DNA from: Eledone cirrhosa
Lineage: Eukaryota
Assembly: GCA_964016885.1 (NCBI GenBank)
Contig: OZ024757.1
Coordinates: 23,932,001-23,996,000 of the forward strand
Direction of reading: 5' to 3'
DNA: 64,000 nucleotides
In this document: piece after piece, positions 1 through 36,213 of the stretch
Layout: each line of letters begins with the position of its first letter
Numbering within the stretch: position 1 is the stretch's first letter
The notes under the pieces: model-generated
Databases searched by the model: none
Seen by the model: only the letters and a program-made list of their open reading frames with translations
Told to the model about the DNA's origin: nothing
Translations under genes and position numbers: made by a program

Positions 1-325
1 TATTTTTTAAATCCCGACTTTCGAGTACACACATACACACACACACACACATATATATATATATGCATACATTTTATTAAGACTAAGAGTCTTCTTACTA
101 TAGAGTTTGGCTTGTTTCTCACAGGGTCGTGTGATGACCCTGTGAGGTAAAGGTCAAACTACAATGTATCAACGCTCTATTTAAGTCTCTATAAAATGAA
201 TATTTAAACTCCACTTCGGTATTGAGTACTCTTTTCTCTCGGTCATCAATATTTATTAAAATAACAGATTAAAGTTTAAGCAAAGAATCTCTGCTTTGGA
301 TTTTAGTCTTCAAATTTATTATTAT

Positions 326-376
<51 letters not shown>

Positions 377-396
377 TATGTATATATTATTATTTT

Positions 397-762
397 GGAT
401 TGGCAGTATCAGTAGAGGGTCGGACGCCATGCTTTCTAGCATAGTTACGTCCCTTTACAATCTGAGTTCAAATCCCGCCGAGGTTGACTTTGCCTTTCAT
501 CCTTACGGGGTCGATAAAATAAAGTACCAGTAATGCACTGGGTAATTGCTGGCCTTGTGCCTAAAGTAGAGACAATTATTTGAATTGGCAGTATTGGTAG
601 AGGCTTGGACGCCATGCTTTGCAACAAAGAGTTACGGTCCTTTATGGTCTGAGTTCAAATCCCGCCGAGGTTGACTTTGCCTTTCATCCTTAAGGGGTCG
701 ATAAAATAAAGTACCAGTAATACACTGGTAATTGCTGGCCTTGTGCCAAAAATAGAAACAAT
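397..762 (+). mobile_element. Two tandem copies of a tRNA-derived SINE (dominant family in the window)
   Basis: TGGCAGTATCGGTAGAG (A-box-like), GAGTTCAAATCCC (B box), body GCCTTTCATCCTTACGGGGTCGATAAAATAAAGTACCAG. More than 15 copies in the window. Confidence 0.88.
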
Positions 763-770
763 TTTTTATA

Positions 771-1063
771 GATAACGAGGAATCAGTGATGCATCAAAAC
801 ACAATTTATTAACATATTACATATGTTTCTTCAACGATCAGCTCAAGGCAAGATCTGTTACAGATCGAACATGAGTCTGCATGCGCAAGTTCCTCAGATA
901 AGTTTTGCGCGAATGAAATGCTTTGAAAGCGCAAAACTTATCTGAGGAACTTGTGAATTCAGAGTCAGGTTCGATCTGTAACAGATATTGCCTTGAGCTG
1001 ATCGTCGAAGAAACATATGTAATATGCTAATAGATTGTGTTTTGATGCACTGATTCCTCGTTA

Positions 1064-1065
<2 letters not shown>
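771..1065. mobile_element. Fold-back element with about 140-bp arms and a hammerhead-like core split by a long stem-II insertion
   Basis: CTGAGGA at 942 and GAAACATATGTA at 1010 (palindromic stem III, GUA triplet); mirror copy on the minus strand is followed by AATAAA. Confidence 0.55.
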
Positions 1066-1108
<43 letters not shown>

Positions 1109-1109
<1 letters not shown>

Positions 1110-1308
1110 TAAGTTATTCCGGGTTGAATCGGAGGTAACCACAGTAAGTAAGGTACTCAATACATAGCAGAGTATAAAAATTTTAATATAGATGAGATTC
1201 TGCAGGACTAGAACTGTTTCATTCTTTAGAAATCATTAGGAATCTCAGGGATTCCTGATGATTTCTAAAGAATGAAACAGTTCTAGTCCTGTAGAATCTC
1301 GTCTATAT
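1109..1308. mobile_element. (TA)n-inserted fold-back element with hammerhead-like core (CTGATGA 1255, GAAA 1274); siblings at about 11075-11250 and 63590-63640
   Basis: Inverted arms 1186-1243 and 1251-1308. CTGATGA tTTC-loop-GAAt GAAACAGTT is conserved in three copies while the loop varies (TAAA, CTTC, TCAA). Confidence 0.6.
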
Positions 1309-1399
1309 ATCATCATCATCATCATCTTCGTTTAACGTCCATTTTCCACGCTAGCATGGGTTATATATATATATATGTATATATATTGTTATATTTAGG

Positions 1400-1897
1400 A
1401 GGGTTATGCTGCCAATAAAAACATATGCATCTGTTGGTTTTCACTTGAATTTATTAAAAATTTCCGGTTGATTGGTTAAAAAACCGGATGGTTGTTTATA
1501 TATTGTTAAAGCTCTTTCGTCACACATTCTGTGACCTCCTCAGTGACTGATTTGTTATTTTGTGTGTTTTGTGCTGTGTACTTGGTTTGCGCATGAGTTA
1601 TATCCGGAGTATGTGTGTTTTTATTTATGCATTTATATGCTTATTTACTTGTCACTAGTTGGCTGCTTGTTCTCTGTGTAGGTGTTTGGTTTGTTTCATT
1701 AGTTTGGTTCTTGAGTGTTTCTGTATGTCTTCATCTTGTCCTTAATTACTAGTTGTGATGTTGTTGCTATTCCACTTCTGTTTAATTTTGGTTGGAGTTC
1801 CTTTATGTTTGTCGACTAATTTGTCTGAGCATTGCATCTTTTCTGTGTGTGGATATAATTTACATCTCAATGTTCTCGAGTGTGCCACCATATTCCA
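1400..1897 (-). mobile_element. Penelope-like retroelement 3' remnant: decayed GIY-YIG C-terminus plus pLTR with hammerhead
   Basis: Minus-strand translation near 1895-1750, across stops and frameshifts, gives ..IISTHRKDAMLRQIS..KELQPKLNR..WNS, like the PLE RQI.EA..I...P.LN...W ending. A hammerhead follows at 1547-1505. (TA)n on both sides. Confidence 0.6.
1505..1547 (-). ncRNA. Minimal type-I hammerhead ribozyme motif
   Basis: gtca CTGAGGA g GTCACA gaatg TGTGAC GAAA g ag c TT taac: 6-bp stem II, intact core, one mismatch in stem I. Confidence 0.7.
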
Positions 1898-2105
1898 TAT
1901 ATATATATATATATATATACACCGATCTACTTCACCACGGGATGGATGTGCATGGCCACCGGCATATCACAATGATTGCATAACTACACCAATGATTGCG
2001 TTAGCATTTGACGAAGTCACATGAATAACCATGTGACAGTAATATATATAATGCAATAAACAATTACTGTGATTTAACCTCGTCTTAACTACCATTATTT
2101 GCCCT

Positions 2106-2450
2106 GGATTGGCAGTATCGGTGGAGGGTCGGACGCCATGCTTTCCAGCATAGTTACGTCCCTTTACGATCTGAGTTCAAATCCCGCCGAGGTTGACTTT
2201 GCCTTTCATCCTTACGGGGTCGATAAAATAAAGTACCAGTAATGCACTGGGTATTTGCTGGCCTTGTGCCTAAAGTAGAAACAATTATTTGGCCATGCTT
2301 TGACGCATAGAGTTACGGCCCTTGCCATTCTGAGTTCAAATCTCGCCGAGGTTAACTTTGCCTTTCATCCTTACGGGGTCTATAAAATAAAGTACCAGTA
2401 ATGCACTGGGATAATTTCTGGCCTTGTGCCAATAGTAGGAACAATTATTT
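2106..2450 (+). mobile_element. Same SINE, tandem pair
   Basis: Matches 397-580. Confidence 0.85.
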
Positions 2451-2460
2451 GATATATATA

Positions 2461-2568
2461 TACTTGCTTCAGTAGTACATATACTATAATTTTTGAACGC
2501 TACAGAGAAGATTAGCATGCCGCCTGCACAAGGATGACACGCAAATTCGAGAAGCATTCCTTATCTTT
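2461..2568 (+). pseudogene. U6 snRNA pseudogene (near full length)
   Basis: TACTTGCTTCAGTAGTACATATACT...ACAGAGAAGATTAGCATG...AAGGATGACACGCAAATTCGAGAAGC matches U6. ACAGAGA box at 2502-2508, AGC triad at 2514-2516. Several substitutions; upstream is SINE/(TA)n rather than a PSE/TATA promoter. Confidence 0.92.
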
Positions 2569-2635
2569 CTTTTCCAAGGGTGGTGCCCCAGCATGGCCTC
2601 AGCCGGATGGCTGGAACAGGTATAAGAGCAAAAGA

Positions 2636-2671
<36 letters not shown>

Positions 2672-2697
2672 AAGCTGTGTGGCGGAGTGGTTGTGAA

Positions 2698-2912
2698 GGC
2701 GTGTGGCGGAGTGGTTCGAGAATTGGATTCGCAATCGTTAGGTTGTGAGTTCGATTCCTGGACCAGGCGATGCGTTATGTCCTTGAGCAAGACACTTTAT
2801 TTCACGTTGCTCCTTCTACCTGGAGTTGCGACCGATAGATAGTATTAGCAATTGGAAAGACCAACGGAAACATTGTTCCCTCGGTCCGATTTGACGAAAG
2901 TCGATCGTCTTT
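2698..2912 (+). mobile_element. Second tRNA-derived SINE family; sibling at 10715-10860
   Basis: TGGCGGAGTGG A box and GAGTTCGATTCC B box; shares its tail (GGAAAGACCAATGGAAACATTG) with the 10715 copy. Confidence 0.75.
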
Positions 2913-2966
2913 TTATATATACAATATATTAAATAAATGGAAACTATATTTATAAAACCATAATTA

Positions 2967-3028
2967 TTTTATTATATATATTTCAAGGGCAACCAAGGCA
3001 AATTTTGGTGCGCTTTCATCAGATAAAA
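2967..3028 (-). ncRNA. Hammerhead motif, TTTTAT/ATAAAA stem-I family
   Basis: TTTTAT CTGATGA AAG.GCACCAA..TTGGTTGC.CTT GAAA TATATA TA ATAAAA. Confidence 0.75.
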
Positions 3029-3146
3029 TACAAATTTGTTTTATAAATATTGACATACCCGCATAAAGACAACCTTAACAGTTGAGGTTCGCTGGCTAAT
3101 CAGACTTTGGCCCAGGGCCATGTCTAACTTAATATCACCACCTGGC

Positions 3147-3205
<59 letters not shown>

Positions 3206-3406
3206 TATATACTAATCCTTTATTTCCCTTGTCTTATTGACTTCCTCCTTACCTCACATGAACCGCATCCCGTGACTTCCCCCCGTGACCTCCCCCGTGA
3301 CTCCCTCTCGCGAGCTCCCTCGTGACCTGCCCCCGTGACCATTCACTCTTAGACTAAAATAAAAACAATGAAGAAGTTAGTATTTTTTTTAAAAAAACAA
3401 AACATT

Positions 3407-3742
3407 TTTATTGGCTTTTTGTTGGTTTGTTTCCTACAATTGCGCGAGAGATATCTAAAAAAAGAAAGAAAGAAAGAAGAAACACAAACCCAACACTCGA
3501 TGTATTGTGTTTGAAGAGAGGCAAATGTAATATTTAATAATTTTCTGGAGAATTCTCTCCCATCTTCCACGTGTTGTTGTTATTTATTGTCATCTTGTTC
3601 CTGTTGTTGTTGTTGTTGTTTTTATTGCTGTTGTTGTTGTTGTTGTTATTTATGTCATCAAACCTTCCATTTTAGTTGGCTGGTCATTGGATTGGCGTTC
3701 ATAAATATATTCATATATTTATATATTCATATATTTATATAC

Positions 3743-3794
<52 letters not shown>

Positions 3795-4453
3795 TTTTTT
3801 TTAAACAAAAGAAATTTATTATTCTCTTTTTTTTTCTCCACTTAAATGCCACACGAGTTTATCATCATAAAAAAAAAAAAAGATATGGTGGGGATGGAAA
3901 AATGTCAAGCTCAGTCCAGATGTGTAGGCAACTAGGACCCACACCGACCGAAAATTGGATGTAATATCTATACGAAATTGGTCTAGATCCCTAGCCTGGT
4001 TTTTTTTTTTTTTTGAAAGGTGAAATAGGTGGAGTAACTTATTTAAAAACAAGATATAGTGGGGGCCAAGAACTTCGTAGCCCTGCCATAGAAGTTAACA
4101 TTTGAGAAAGTTTTAAGTTTTTCTTTCCTTCATGGTTTTTATCTTCTTTGTTTCATGTCATTTTTCATTTTCTTTCGTTTCTTACCAAATAAAAAAAAAA
4201 ATAAAAATCACCTCTTCAGGACAACATTGATTTTAAAAATATAAATATATATATATTCCTACGGGTGGATGAAACTGCTGCTATCGACATGATAGAGGGA
4301 ATTGGTTCATATTCCATTGTTTGTAAAACTGGAACTTTTAGAGAGAGGTTCGTTTTTTTTTATCTCACTTTGACAAGAGTCTTTTTCTCTGCTGTCAACT
4401 ATTAGTTGTTTAAAACAAACAAAAAAAAAATTGTCCTCCATGAAGCAAATAGT
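3407..4453 (-). other. Probable 3' UTR of the IF gene, with candidate AATAAA signals (plus-strand TTTATT at 3815, 3620, 3583, 3407)
   Basis: Lies downstream of the stop codon and lacks SINEs. The actual poly(A) site cannot be determined from sequence. Confidence 0.4.
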
Positions 4454-27895
<23,442 letters not shown>

Positions 27896-27954
27896 CTGCA
27901 ATAGAAAATACAAACAACAGATCTTAATATCAGAAGGAAAACACATTTGGAATA

Positions 27955-28722
27955 AAATACATGGCGTCGAGTGCTTAAAGGAGAGGAAAGAGAGGGAAAT
28001 GGTGAGGATTGTTGAGCAACGATAAAACTCTGAAAACATTATAGATATCACCTGGCTGTTTTCGTTCTGAGTTCATTGACGGCGACTTAAGAAATCTTAA
28101 AGTCATTTAATGAAATAAATATAAAAATCATATTTGGAAGAAAACACATGACGTTGAGTGCTTAAAGGAGAGGAAAGAGGGAAATGGTGAGGATTGTTGA
28201 GCAACGATAAAACTCTGAAAACATTATAGATATCACCTGGCTGTTTTCGTTCTGAGTTCATTGACGGCGACTTAAGAAATCTTAAAGTCATTTAATGAAA
28301 TAAATATAAAAATCATATTTGGAAGAAAACACATGACGTTGAGTGCTTAAAGGAGAGGAAAGAGGGAAATGGTGAGGATTGTTGAGCAACGATAAAACTC
28401 TGAAAACATTATAGATATCACCTGGCTGTTTTCGTTCTGAGTTCATTGACGGTGACTTAAGAAATCTTAAAAGTCATTTAATGAAATAAATATAAAAATC
28501 ATATTTGGAAGAAAACACATGACGTTGAGTGCTTAAAGGAGAGGAAAGAGGGAAATGGTGAGGATTGTTGAGCAACGATAAAACTCTGAAAACATTATAG
28601 ATATCACCTGGCTGTTTTCGTTCTGAGTTCATTGACGGTGACTTAAGAAATCTTAAAAGTCATTTAATGAAATAAATATAAAAATCATATTTGGAAGAAA
28701 ACACATGACGTTGAGTGCTTAA
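27955..28722. repeat. 185-186-bp tandem repeat, about 4 copies
   Basis: AAAACACATGACGTTGAGTGC at 28141, 28326, 28512, 28698; diverged relative at about 29130-29330. Confidence 0.93.
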
Positions 28723-29654
28723 CCCTTTAGTATTAACATTACTCTATATATACTATTATATTTTCACGGTAAAGGCTTTACCTCACATAATTATTTCATA
28801 TAATTGTTTCTACTTTAGGCAGAAGGCCATCAATTACCCAGTACATTACTGCTACTTTATTTTATCGACCCCGTAAGGATGAAAGGCAAAGTTAACCTCG
28901 ACGGGATTTGAACTCAGACCGTAAAGGGACGTAACTATGCTGGAAAGCATGGCGTCCGACCCTCTACCAATACTGCCATCATATAATATCGAATCTATGA
29001 GATTTTGATATTATTTATTTTGAGAACAATACCTTAACATCAGTATAAGCGGTCGGTTACGGCCGGTTTGAACAGAAAGAGTTGAAAGAATTCTGGCCGG
29101 ATACGGCCGGTTTAAATGCTATATGAGAAGAAAGGGACGGAAAGGGCGAGGATTGTTAAGCAACGAAAGAAAGGTGGAAGGTGAGTGTGTGATATACTCT
29201 ACACCTAAGTGGCGTTTCAGTTAATGTGTGGACTTGATGTCAGAAGGAAAAAACCATTGTGTGATAAAACTCATTGTTATAGATATCACGTGGTTGTTTA
29301 CGTTCTGAGTCCGTTGATGGCGGACTTATTCCGTCACCCGGTTTAACCCTTTAGGATTTAAACCGACCACTCATACTGACTTTAAGGTATTGTTCTCAAA
29401 ATATATAATATGAAAATCTCGTTGATTCGATATTATGAGATAATTATGTAAGATAAAGCCTTTTCTGTGAAAGAACAATAGTAAATATAGAGTAATGTGA
29501 ACACTGAAGGGTTAACACCACCACTTGGTTTGAATAGTGGACATAAGTTACATAGTTAAACACGATCATCTTCAACTTGGGTACATTTAGTGGAGTTTAT
29601 AAGGTTGCAATGCAAACCATTCGTTCAAAGTTTAGCACCAGCCCCTGGTCCTAC

Positions 29655-31375
29655 GGTGGTAAACTTAATGTATCCTTCGGTTTAACACTACAACTTAGTC
29701 GTATAGTGTAGAGTTAATCTGTTACACGGATCAACACCACAACCTGATCCTTGGACGGTAAACTTAATGTATCCTTCGGTTTAACACTACAACTTAGTCG
29801 TATGGTGTAGAGTTAATCTGTTACACGGATCAACGCCACAACCTGATCCTTGGACGGTAAACTTAATGTATCCTTCGGTTTAACACTACAACTTAGTCGT
29901 ATAGTGTAGAGTTAATCTGTTACACGGATCAACGCCACAACCTGATCCTTGGACGGTAAACTTAATGTATCCTTCGGTTTAACACTACAACTTAGTCGTA
30001 TAGTGTAGAGTTAATCTGTTACACGGATCAACGCCACAACCTGATCCTTGGACGGTAAACTTAATTTATCTCTCGGTTTAACACTACAACTTAGTCGTAT
30101 GGTGTAGAGTTAATCTGTTACACGGATCAACGCCACAACCTGATCCTTGGACGGTAAACTTAATTTATCTCTCGGTTTAACACTACAACATAGTCGTATG
30201 GTGGTAGAGTTAATCTGTTACACGGATCAACGCCACAACCTGATCCTTGGACGGTAAACTTAATTTATCTCTCGGTTTAACACTACAACATAGTCGTATG
30301 GTGGTAGAGTTAATCTGTTACACGGATCAACGCCACAACCTGATCCTTGGACGGTAAACTTAATTTATCTCTCGGTTTAACACTACAACATAGTCGTATG
30401 GTGGTAGAGTTAATCTGTTACACGGATCAACGCCACAACCTGATCCTTGGACGGTAAACTTAATTTATCTCTCGGTTTAACACTACAACATAGTCGTATG
30501 GTGGTAGAGTTAATCTGTTACACGGATCAACGCCACAACCTGATCCTTGGACGGTAAACTTAATTTATCTCTCGGTTTAACACTACAACATAGTCGTATG
30601 GTGGTAGAGTTAATCTGTTACACGGATCAACGCCACAACCTGATCCTTGGACGGTAAACTTAATTTATCTCTCGGTTTAACACTACAACATAGTCGTATG
30701 GTGGTAGAGTTAATCTGTTACACGGATCAACGCCACAACCTGATCCTTGGACGGTAAACTTAATTTATCTCTCGGTTTAACACTACAACATAGTCGTATG
30801 GTGGTAGAGTTAATCTGTTACTCGGATCAACGCCACAACCTGATCCTTGGACGGTAAACTTAATTTATCTCTCGGTTTAACACTACAACTTAGTCGTATA
30901 GTGTAGAGTTAATCTGTTACTCGGATCAACGCCACAACCTGATCCTTGGACGGTAAACTTAATTTATCTCTCGGTTTAACACTACAACTTAGTCGTATGG
31001 TGGTAGAGTTAATCTGTTACACGGATCAACGCCACAACCTGATCCTTGGATGGTAAACTTAATGTATCTCTCGGTTTAACACTACAACTTAGTCGTATAG
31101 TGTAGAGTTAATGTTACACGGATCAACACCACAACCTGATCCTTGGATGGTAAACTTAATGTATCTCTCGGTTTAACACTACAACTTAGTCGTATAGTGT
31201 AGAGTTAATCTGTTACACGGATCAACACCACAACCTGATCCTTGGATGGTAAACTTAATTTATCTCTCGGTTTAACACTACAACTTAGTCGTATGGTGGT
31301 AGAGTTAATGTTACACGGATCAACGCCACAACCTGATCCTTGGACGGTAGACTTAATGTATCACTCGGTTTAATA
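29655..31375. repeat. 99-100-bp minisatellite, about 17 copies
   Basis: ACGGTAAACTTAAT recurs at 29755, 29854 ... 30151, 30251, 30351 ... Confidence 0.96.
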
Positions 31376-31718
31376 CCACCACCTTTGCATGCCTTTATGT
31401 GGAATTCACACGGTTGGAAGGCAAGATTTTCGTTACCGGGTTTCCGGTTTAAGGATAACTTCGCCCCCTCCCTTCTCCTCTCCCTCTCTCCCATCCACCA
31501 CGGTGGCCCTGAATAAAAATATAAAGAGTCCTGGAAACTGCCCTTTCCTCTGGAGCTAAATGGTTGAAAAAGCAAACAAACAAGAAAACTATTTGAAAAG
31601 TAGTTTCCGGATATTGTGGCCTTTTGACTAACTGGGTGAGATACCTATATTTCCGGCAAATCTATCGTCGGTGACACTAGAGCAGTAGTGGTAGTAGCAT
31701 CTGCAGCAACAGCGGTAA

Positions 31719-31753
<35 letters not shown>

Positions 31754-33354
31754 ATAGTAGTAGAGCTAGTAGTAGCGGTAATAGTAGTAGTAGCGGTAGT
31801 AGTAGTAGTGGTAATAGTAGTAGTGGTAATAGTAGTAGTAGTAGTAGTGGTGGTTCTAGAAGAGTTGGTGGTAATAGTAGTAGAGGTAGCAGTAATAGTC
31901 GTAGAGGTACTAGTAGTAATAGTAGTGGCAGTAGTGGTGGTGGTAGTGGTTGTAATAGTAGTAGTAGTAGTAGTAGTAATAGTAGTGGCAGTAGTGGTGG
32001 TGGTAGTAGTAGCAGTAGTGGTGGTGGTAGTCGTAGTAGTAGTAGTGGCAGTAGTGGTGGTGGTAGTAGTAGCAGTAGTGGTGGTGGTAGTAGTAGTCGT
32101 TGTAGTAGTAGTGGTGGTTTATATCGTTCTGATGGTTAAACTAAAGTTTTCTTACGTATGTGTGTGGTGGAACGGTTGGGTGTACTGTAAGTGGGTGGGG
32201 GTCGATGGTAGATGACTGTGTTGGCGGATGGGTGTGTGGGATGGGGCGGTGGTATAGCTGGGGGTGCCTGGCCGGGTGGGGGACGGGGTTGCTGGAAGAA
32301 ATGGCCGAGTATTCCGGGGGGGGGGAATGAATGGCTGTGGAGGGAGGTGACCGGAAGTAGCTGGGTGCATAAGGAACGGGATGGCTGAGTGTATGGAGGA
32401 GGGCGAGGACAGGGTCCGCGGTATAGAGGCGGGAATTGCTAAGGGAGACAGGGATTTGAGTGGTTAGGACGAAAATCTTGGCAATTACACAGATGCACAC
32501 TCCTCTTCCTACTCCCCCCACTCTCTCTTTCACTCTCTCTCCTCTCCATCAAACTCTCTCCCTCTCTCTCAAACACCCTCTCTTACCTCGTCTAACGTCG
32601 TTTTCATTCTTCGTACTATAAACTACCCGCTTCTCCAAAACCACTACTACCACCACTGCAACTACTACTACCACCACTGCAACTACTACTACCACCACTG
32701 CAACTACTACTACCACCACTGCAACTACTGTTACCATCACTGCAACTACTACTACCACTGCAATTACTACTACTACCACTGCAACTAGTACCACCACTGC
32801 AACTACTACCACCACTGCAACTACTACCATTACAACTACTACCACCACTGCAACTACTACCACCACTGCAACTACTACCACCACTGCAACTACTACCACC
32901 ACTGCAACTACTACCACTACAACTACTACCGCCACTACAACTACTACTACAACTACTACCACCGCTACAACTACTACCACCACTACAACTACTACTACAA
33001 CTACTACCGCCACTACAACTACTACCACCATTACAACTACTACTACAACTACTACCGCCACTACAACTACTACCACCACTGCAACCACCACCACATCACC
33101 CCACCACCCCATCTCCACCACCACCATCACATCACCCCACCACCACCATCTCCACCACCACCACCACCACATCACCCCACCACCACCACCTCCACCACTA
33201 CCATGTTAGGACAGGTAGGGAGACATGTTAGGACAGGTAAAAGACATGGAGCATTCTTTTAACAGGTGACCAAGGAGATAGAGGAGGAAGAGAAGGAAGA
33301 GAAAGAGAAGGGAGGAGACGCAGAACACGTGTCTAGTCGTGAAGTTCTACAGTG

Positions 33355-33401
<47 letters not shown>

Positions 33402-33531
33402 GAGGTTATATTTAATTTGTTGGGTGACAAGCTTAAACATTTTTATAACTGGTATAAAGCACTCAACAAGTTAGTGGAGTAAATACACAATATATTAATA
33501 AATGGAAACTATATTTATAAAACCATATTTA

Positions 33532-33592
33532 TTTTATTATACACATTTCAAGGGCAACCAAGGCAAATTATGGTGCGCTTTCATCAGATAAA
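33532..33592 (-). ncRNA. Hammerhead motif, TTTTAT/ATAAAA family
   Basis: TTTAT CTGATGA AAG.GCACCA..TGGTTGC.CTT GAAA TGTGTA TA ATAAAA. Confidence 0.7.
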
Positions 33593-33685
33593 TCCAGATT
33601 TGTTTTATATATAAATATTGACATATCCGGATAAAAGACAACCTTAACTGTTGGAGCTTCCTGGAGTTTCCATTTATTAATATAT

Positions 33686-33750
<65 letters not shown>

Positions 33751-34075
33751 TTGTACCTTTGAAATATGTATAATGAAATATATATTTTGATTATGAGAAT
33801 ATTTTTCATTTATTAATATTTTGAATAATATTATATATATATATATTTATTAAAATAACAGATTAAAGTTTAAGCAAAGAATCGCTGCTTTCACCCTTAA
33901 CGGGATCTTCTGAAACTGTTTCAGAAGATCCCGTTAAGGATGAAAGCAGCGATTCTTTGCTTAAACATTAATCTGTTATTTTAATAAATATTTGCTCTAC
34001 GGTTCTTATATATTTGATATATATTTATCCTTATCGAGCCCTCTTTGGATGTTAGTCTTCAAATTTATTGTTATT

Positions 34076-34133
<58 letters not shown>

Positions 34134-34311
34134 TAATAAAAACAATGAAATAAAAACAAAGAACAAGTTCCTTATATTAAAAAATTCATGGGATATATAT
34201 GTGTGTTGGTATGTATATCATATAGATCTATGTAAAAATATTACAAATTATCAGAGGAAATATACATACCTTCACATATACATGCCGTCCTCAGAAATGA
34301 TGGAAAGTATC

Positions 34312-34606
34312 TTTATAAAACCATATTTATTTTATTATATATATTTCAAAGGTACCAAACATTTTGGTACGCTATCATCAGATAAAATACGAAGTGTGTT
34401 TTATACATTTTTACATAACCAAGGATAATATACCTTAACGGTTCAAGTTATCCCTGTCTATCCAGGGATAACTTGAACTGTTAAGGTATATTATCCTTGG
34501 TTATGTCAACATTTATAAAACACACTTCGTATTTTATCTGATGATAGCGTACCAAAATTGTTGGTACCTTTGAAATATATATAATAAAATAAATATGGTT
34601 TTATAA
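34312..34606. mobile_element. Fold-back element with hammerheads at 34330-34387 (-) and 34532-34589 (+)
   Basis: Arms of about 145 bp around 34459. Each arm: TTTTAT CTGATGA..GTACCAA/TTGGTAC..GAAA TATATA TA ATAAAA. Confidence 0.78.
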
Positions 34607-35020
34607 ATATAGTTTCCATTTATTTAATATAATTGTGTATTATACTCCAGAAAATTTGTTGAGTGCTCTGAATCAGTTATAAACATTTATATTTGTTGAA
34701 TTACCAACAAATTGAATATCCCTTCTGCTTATATATAAATATATATATATATATATAAATGGAAAAAATTTCATTTCTCACTCTTAGTACGGCTGATGCT
34801 TAAATATAAGTATGTATACGTACATACATATATGTATACAGACGTAAAGTAGCATGTATATACATACATACATGCACACATATATATATATATGTACGTA
34901 TGGGTTTATCGAACATTTATCATAATGCTCGGTTTGTTTGTAAACAAACAGCTCAAATTATTAGCCGTACAGTGTTCGGCAACCATCGTTGCCCTTTTGT
35001 TCAACACTGACAAAGGAACG

Positions 35021-35057
35021 ATGAACTAGTTTCTAGCTTATTAGCTGTCATCAGCAC
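35021..35057 (-). ncRNA. Minimal hammerhead motif in the loop of inverted-repeat element 34757-35218
   Basis: GTG CTGATGA c AGCT aata AGCT a GAAA CTAG TT CAT. Confidence 0.68.
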
Positions 35058-35319
35058 CGTATACATTCCTGTCAGTCGAGTGAACGTTTGTAAGTGTTGA
35101 ACAAAAGGGCAACGACGGTTGCCGAATACTGTACGGCTAATAATTCGGGCTGTTTGTTTACAAACAAACCGAGCATTATAATAAATGTTCGGTAAACCCA
35201 TACGTACATATATATATATGCTGCTTTGCAGCATAGAGTTACCGCCTTTTACAATCTGAGTTCAAATGCTGCAAAGCATCGTGTTCGTCCAACCCTCTAC
35301 CGATTCTGCCAATTCACCG

Positions 35320-35388
<69 letters not shown>

Positions 35389-36015
35389 CGAAGGAAATGT
35401 GGTAAGGAACCAGGTGGACCATAACGCACCAAAGTACTCAATACTTAGGGTAGTAGAGTGGGTAATAGGAACCAGTAAGACCCCGACGGTTGAGCTCAAG
35501 CCGTTTCGACGGCTAAAAAATAGCTAAAAAATGGCCGTCGAAACGGCTTGAGCTCAGCCGTCGGGGTCTTACTGGTTCCTATATATATATATATATATAT
35601 ATATAATTTGACAAATAATAATAAACAACCTTCGTCCTCAAGGACACAGGGTAGATTTTTGAGACTTATTTTAGGAAAAAAGTAGCGTCTCAAATATTTT
35701 ACCTGGACAGGTGACTAGTAATTATACGTAGTATGAGCTATATATAGAAGACCTAACCTTACTGTTGAATGAAATATTGGCCTTATGATGGCTATCACCA
35801 AAATCGATAATTGGTGATTGATACTAAATACTAAGATCGACTGTTTGCGTCTTTTCTATAGGTTTCATGAAATAGATCTGTATAAGGTATTATTGGCTAT
35901 GTTACCATCTTGAAATAGCTATAATAACTTATATATTAATTGTTCTGTATATATGTACATAATACTAATAGGTTCTCAATTAATATACGTCCTATTATAT
36001 ATTGTTTAAATTTGC

Positions 36016-36063
<48 letters not shown>

Positions 36064-36132
36064 ATGTATATATGGATGTATATATGTATGTATGAATGTA
36101 TATATGTATGTATATATATGTATGTATGAATG

Positions 36133-36165
<33 letters not shown>

Positions 36166-36182
36166 GTATGTATGTATGTATG

Positions 36183-36213
<31 letters not shown>

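Noticed and set aside
2461-2568. Functional U6 gene
   Set aside because: Substitutions in conserved regions, no upstream PSE/TATA (flank is SINE plus TA repeat), and a retroposon-like tail.
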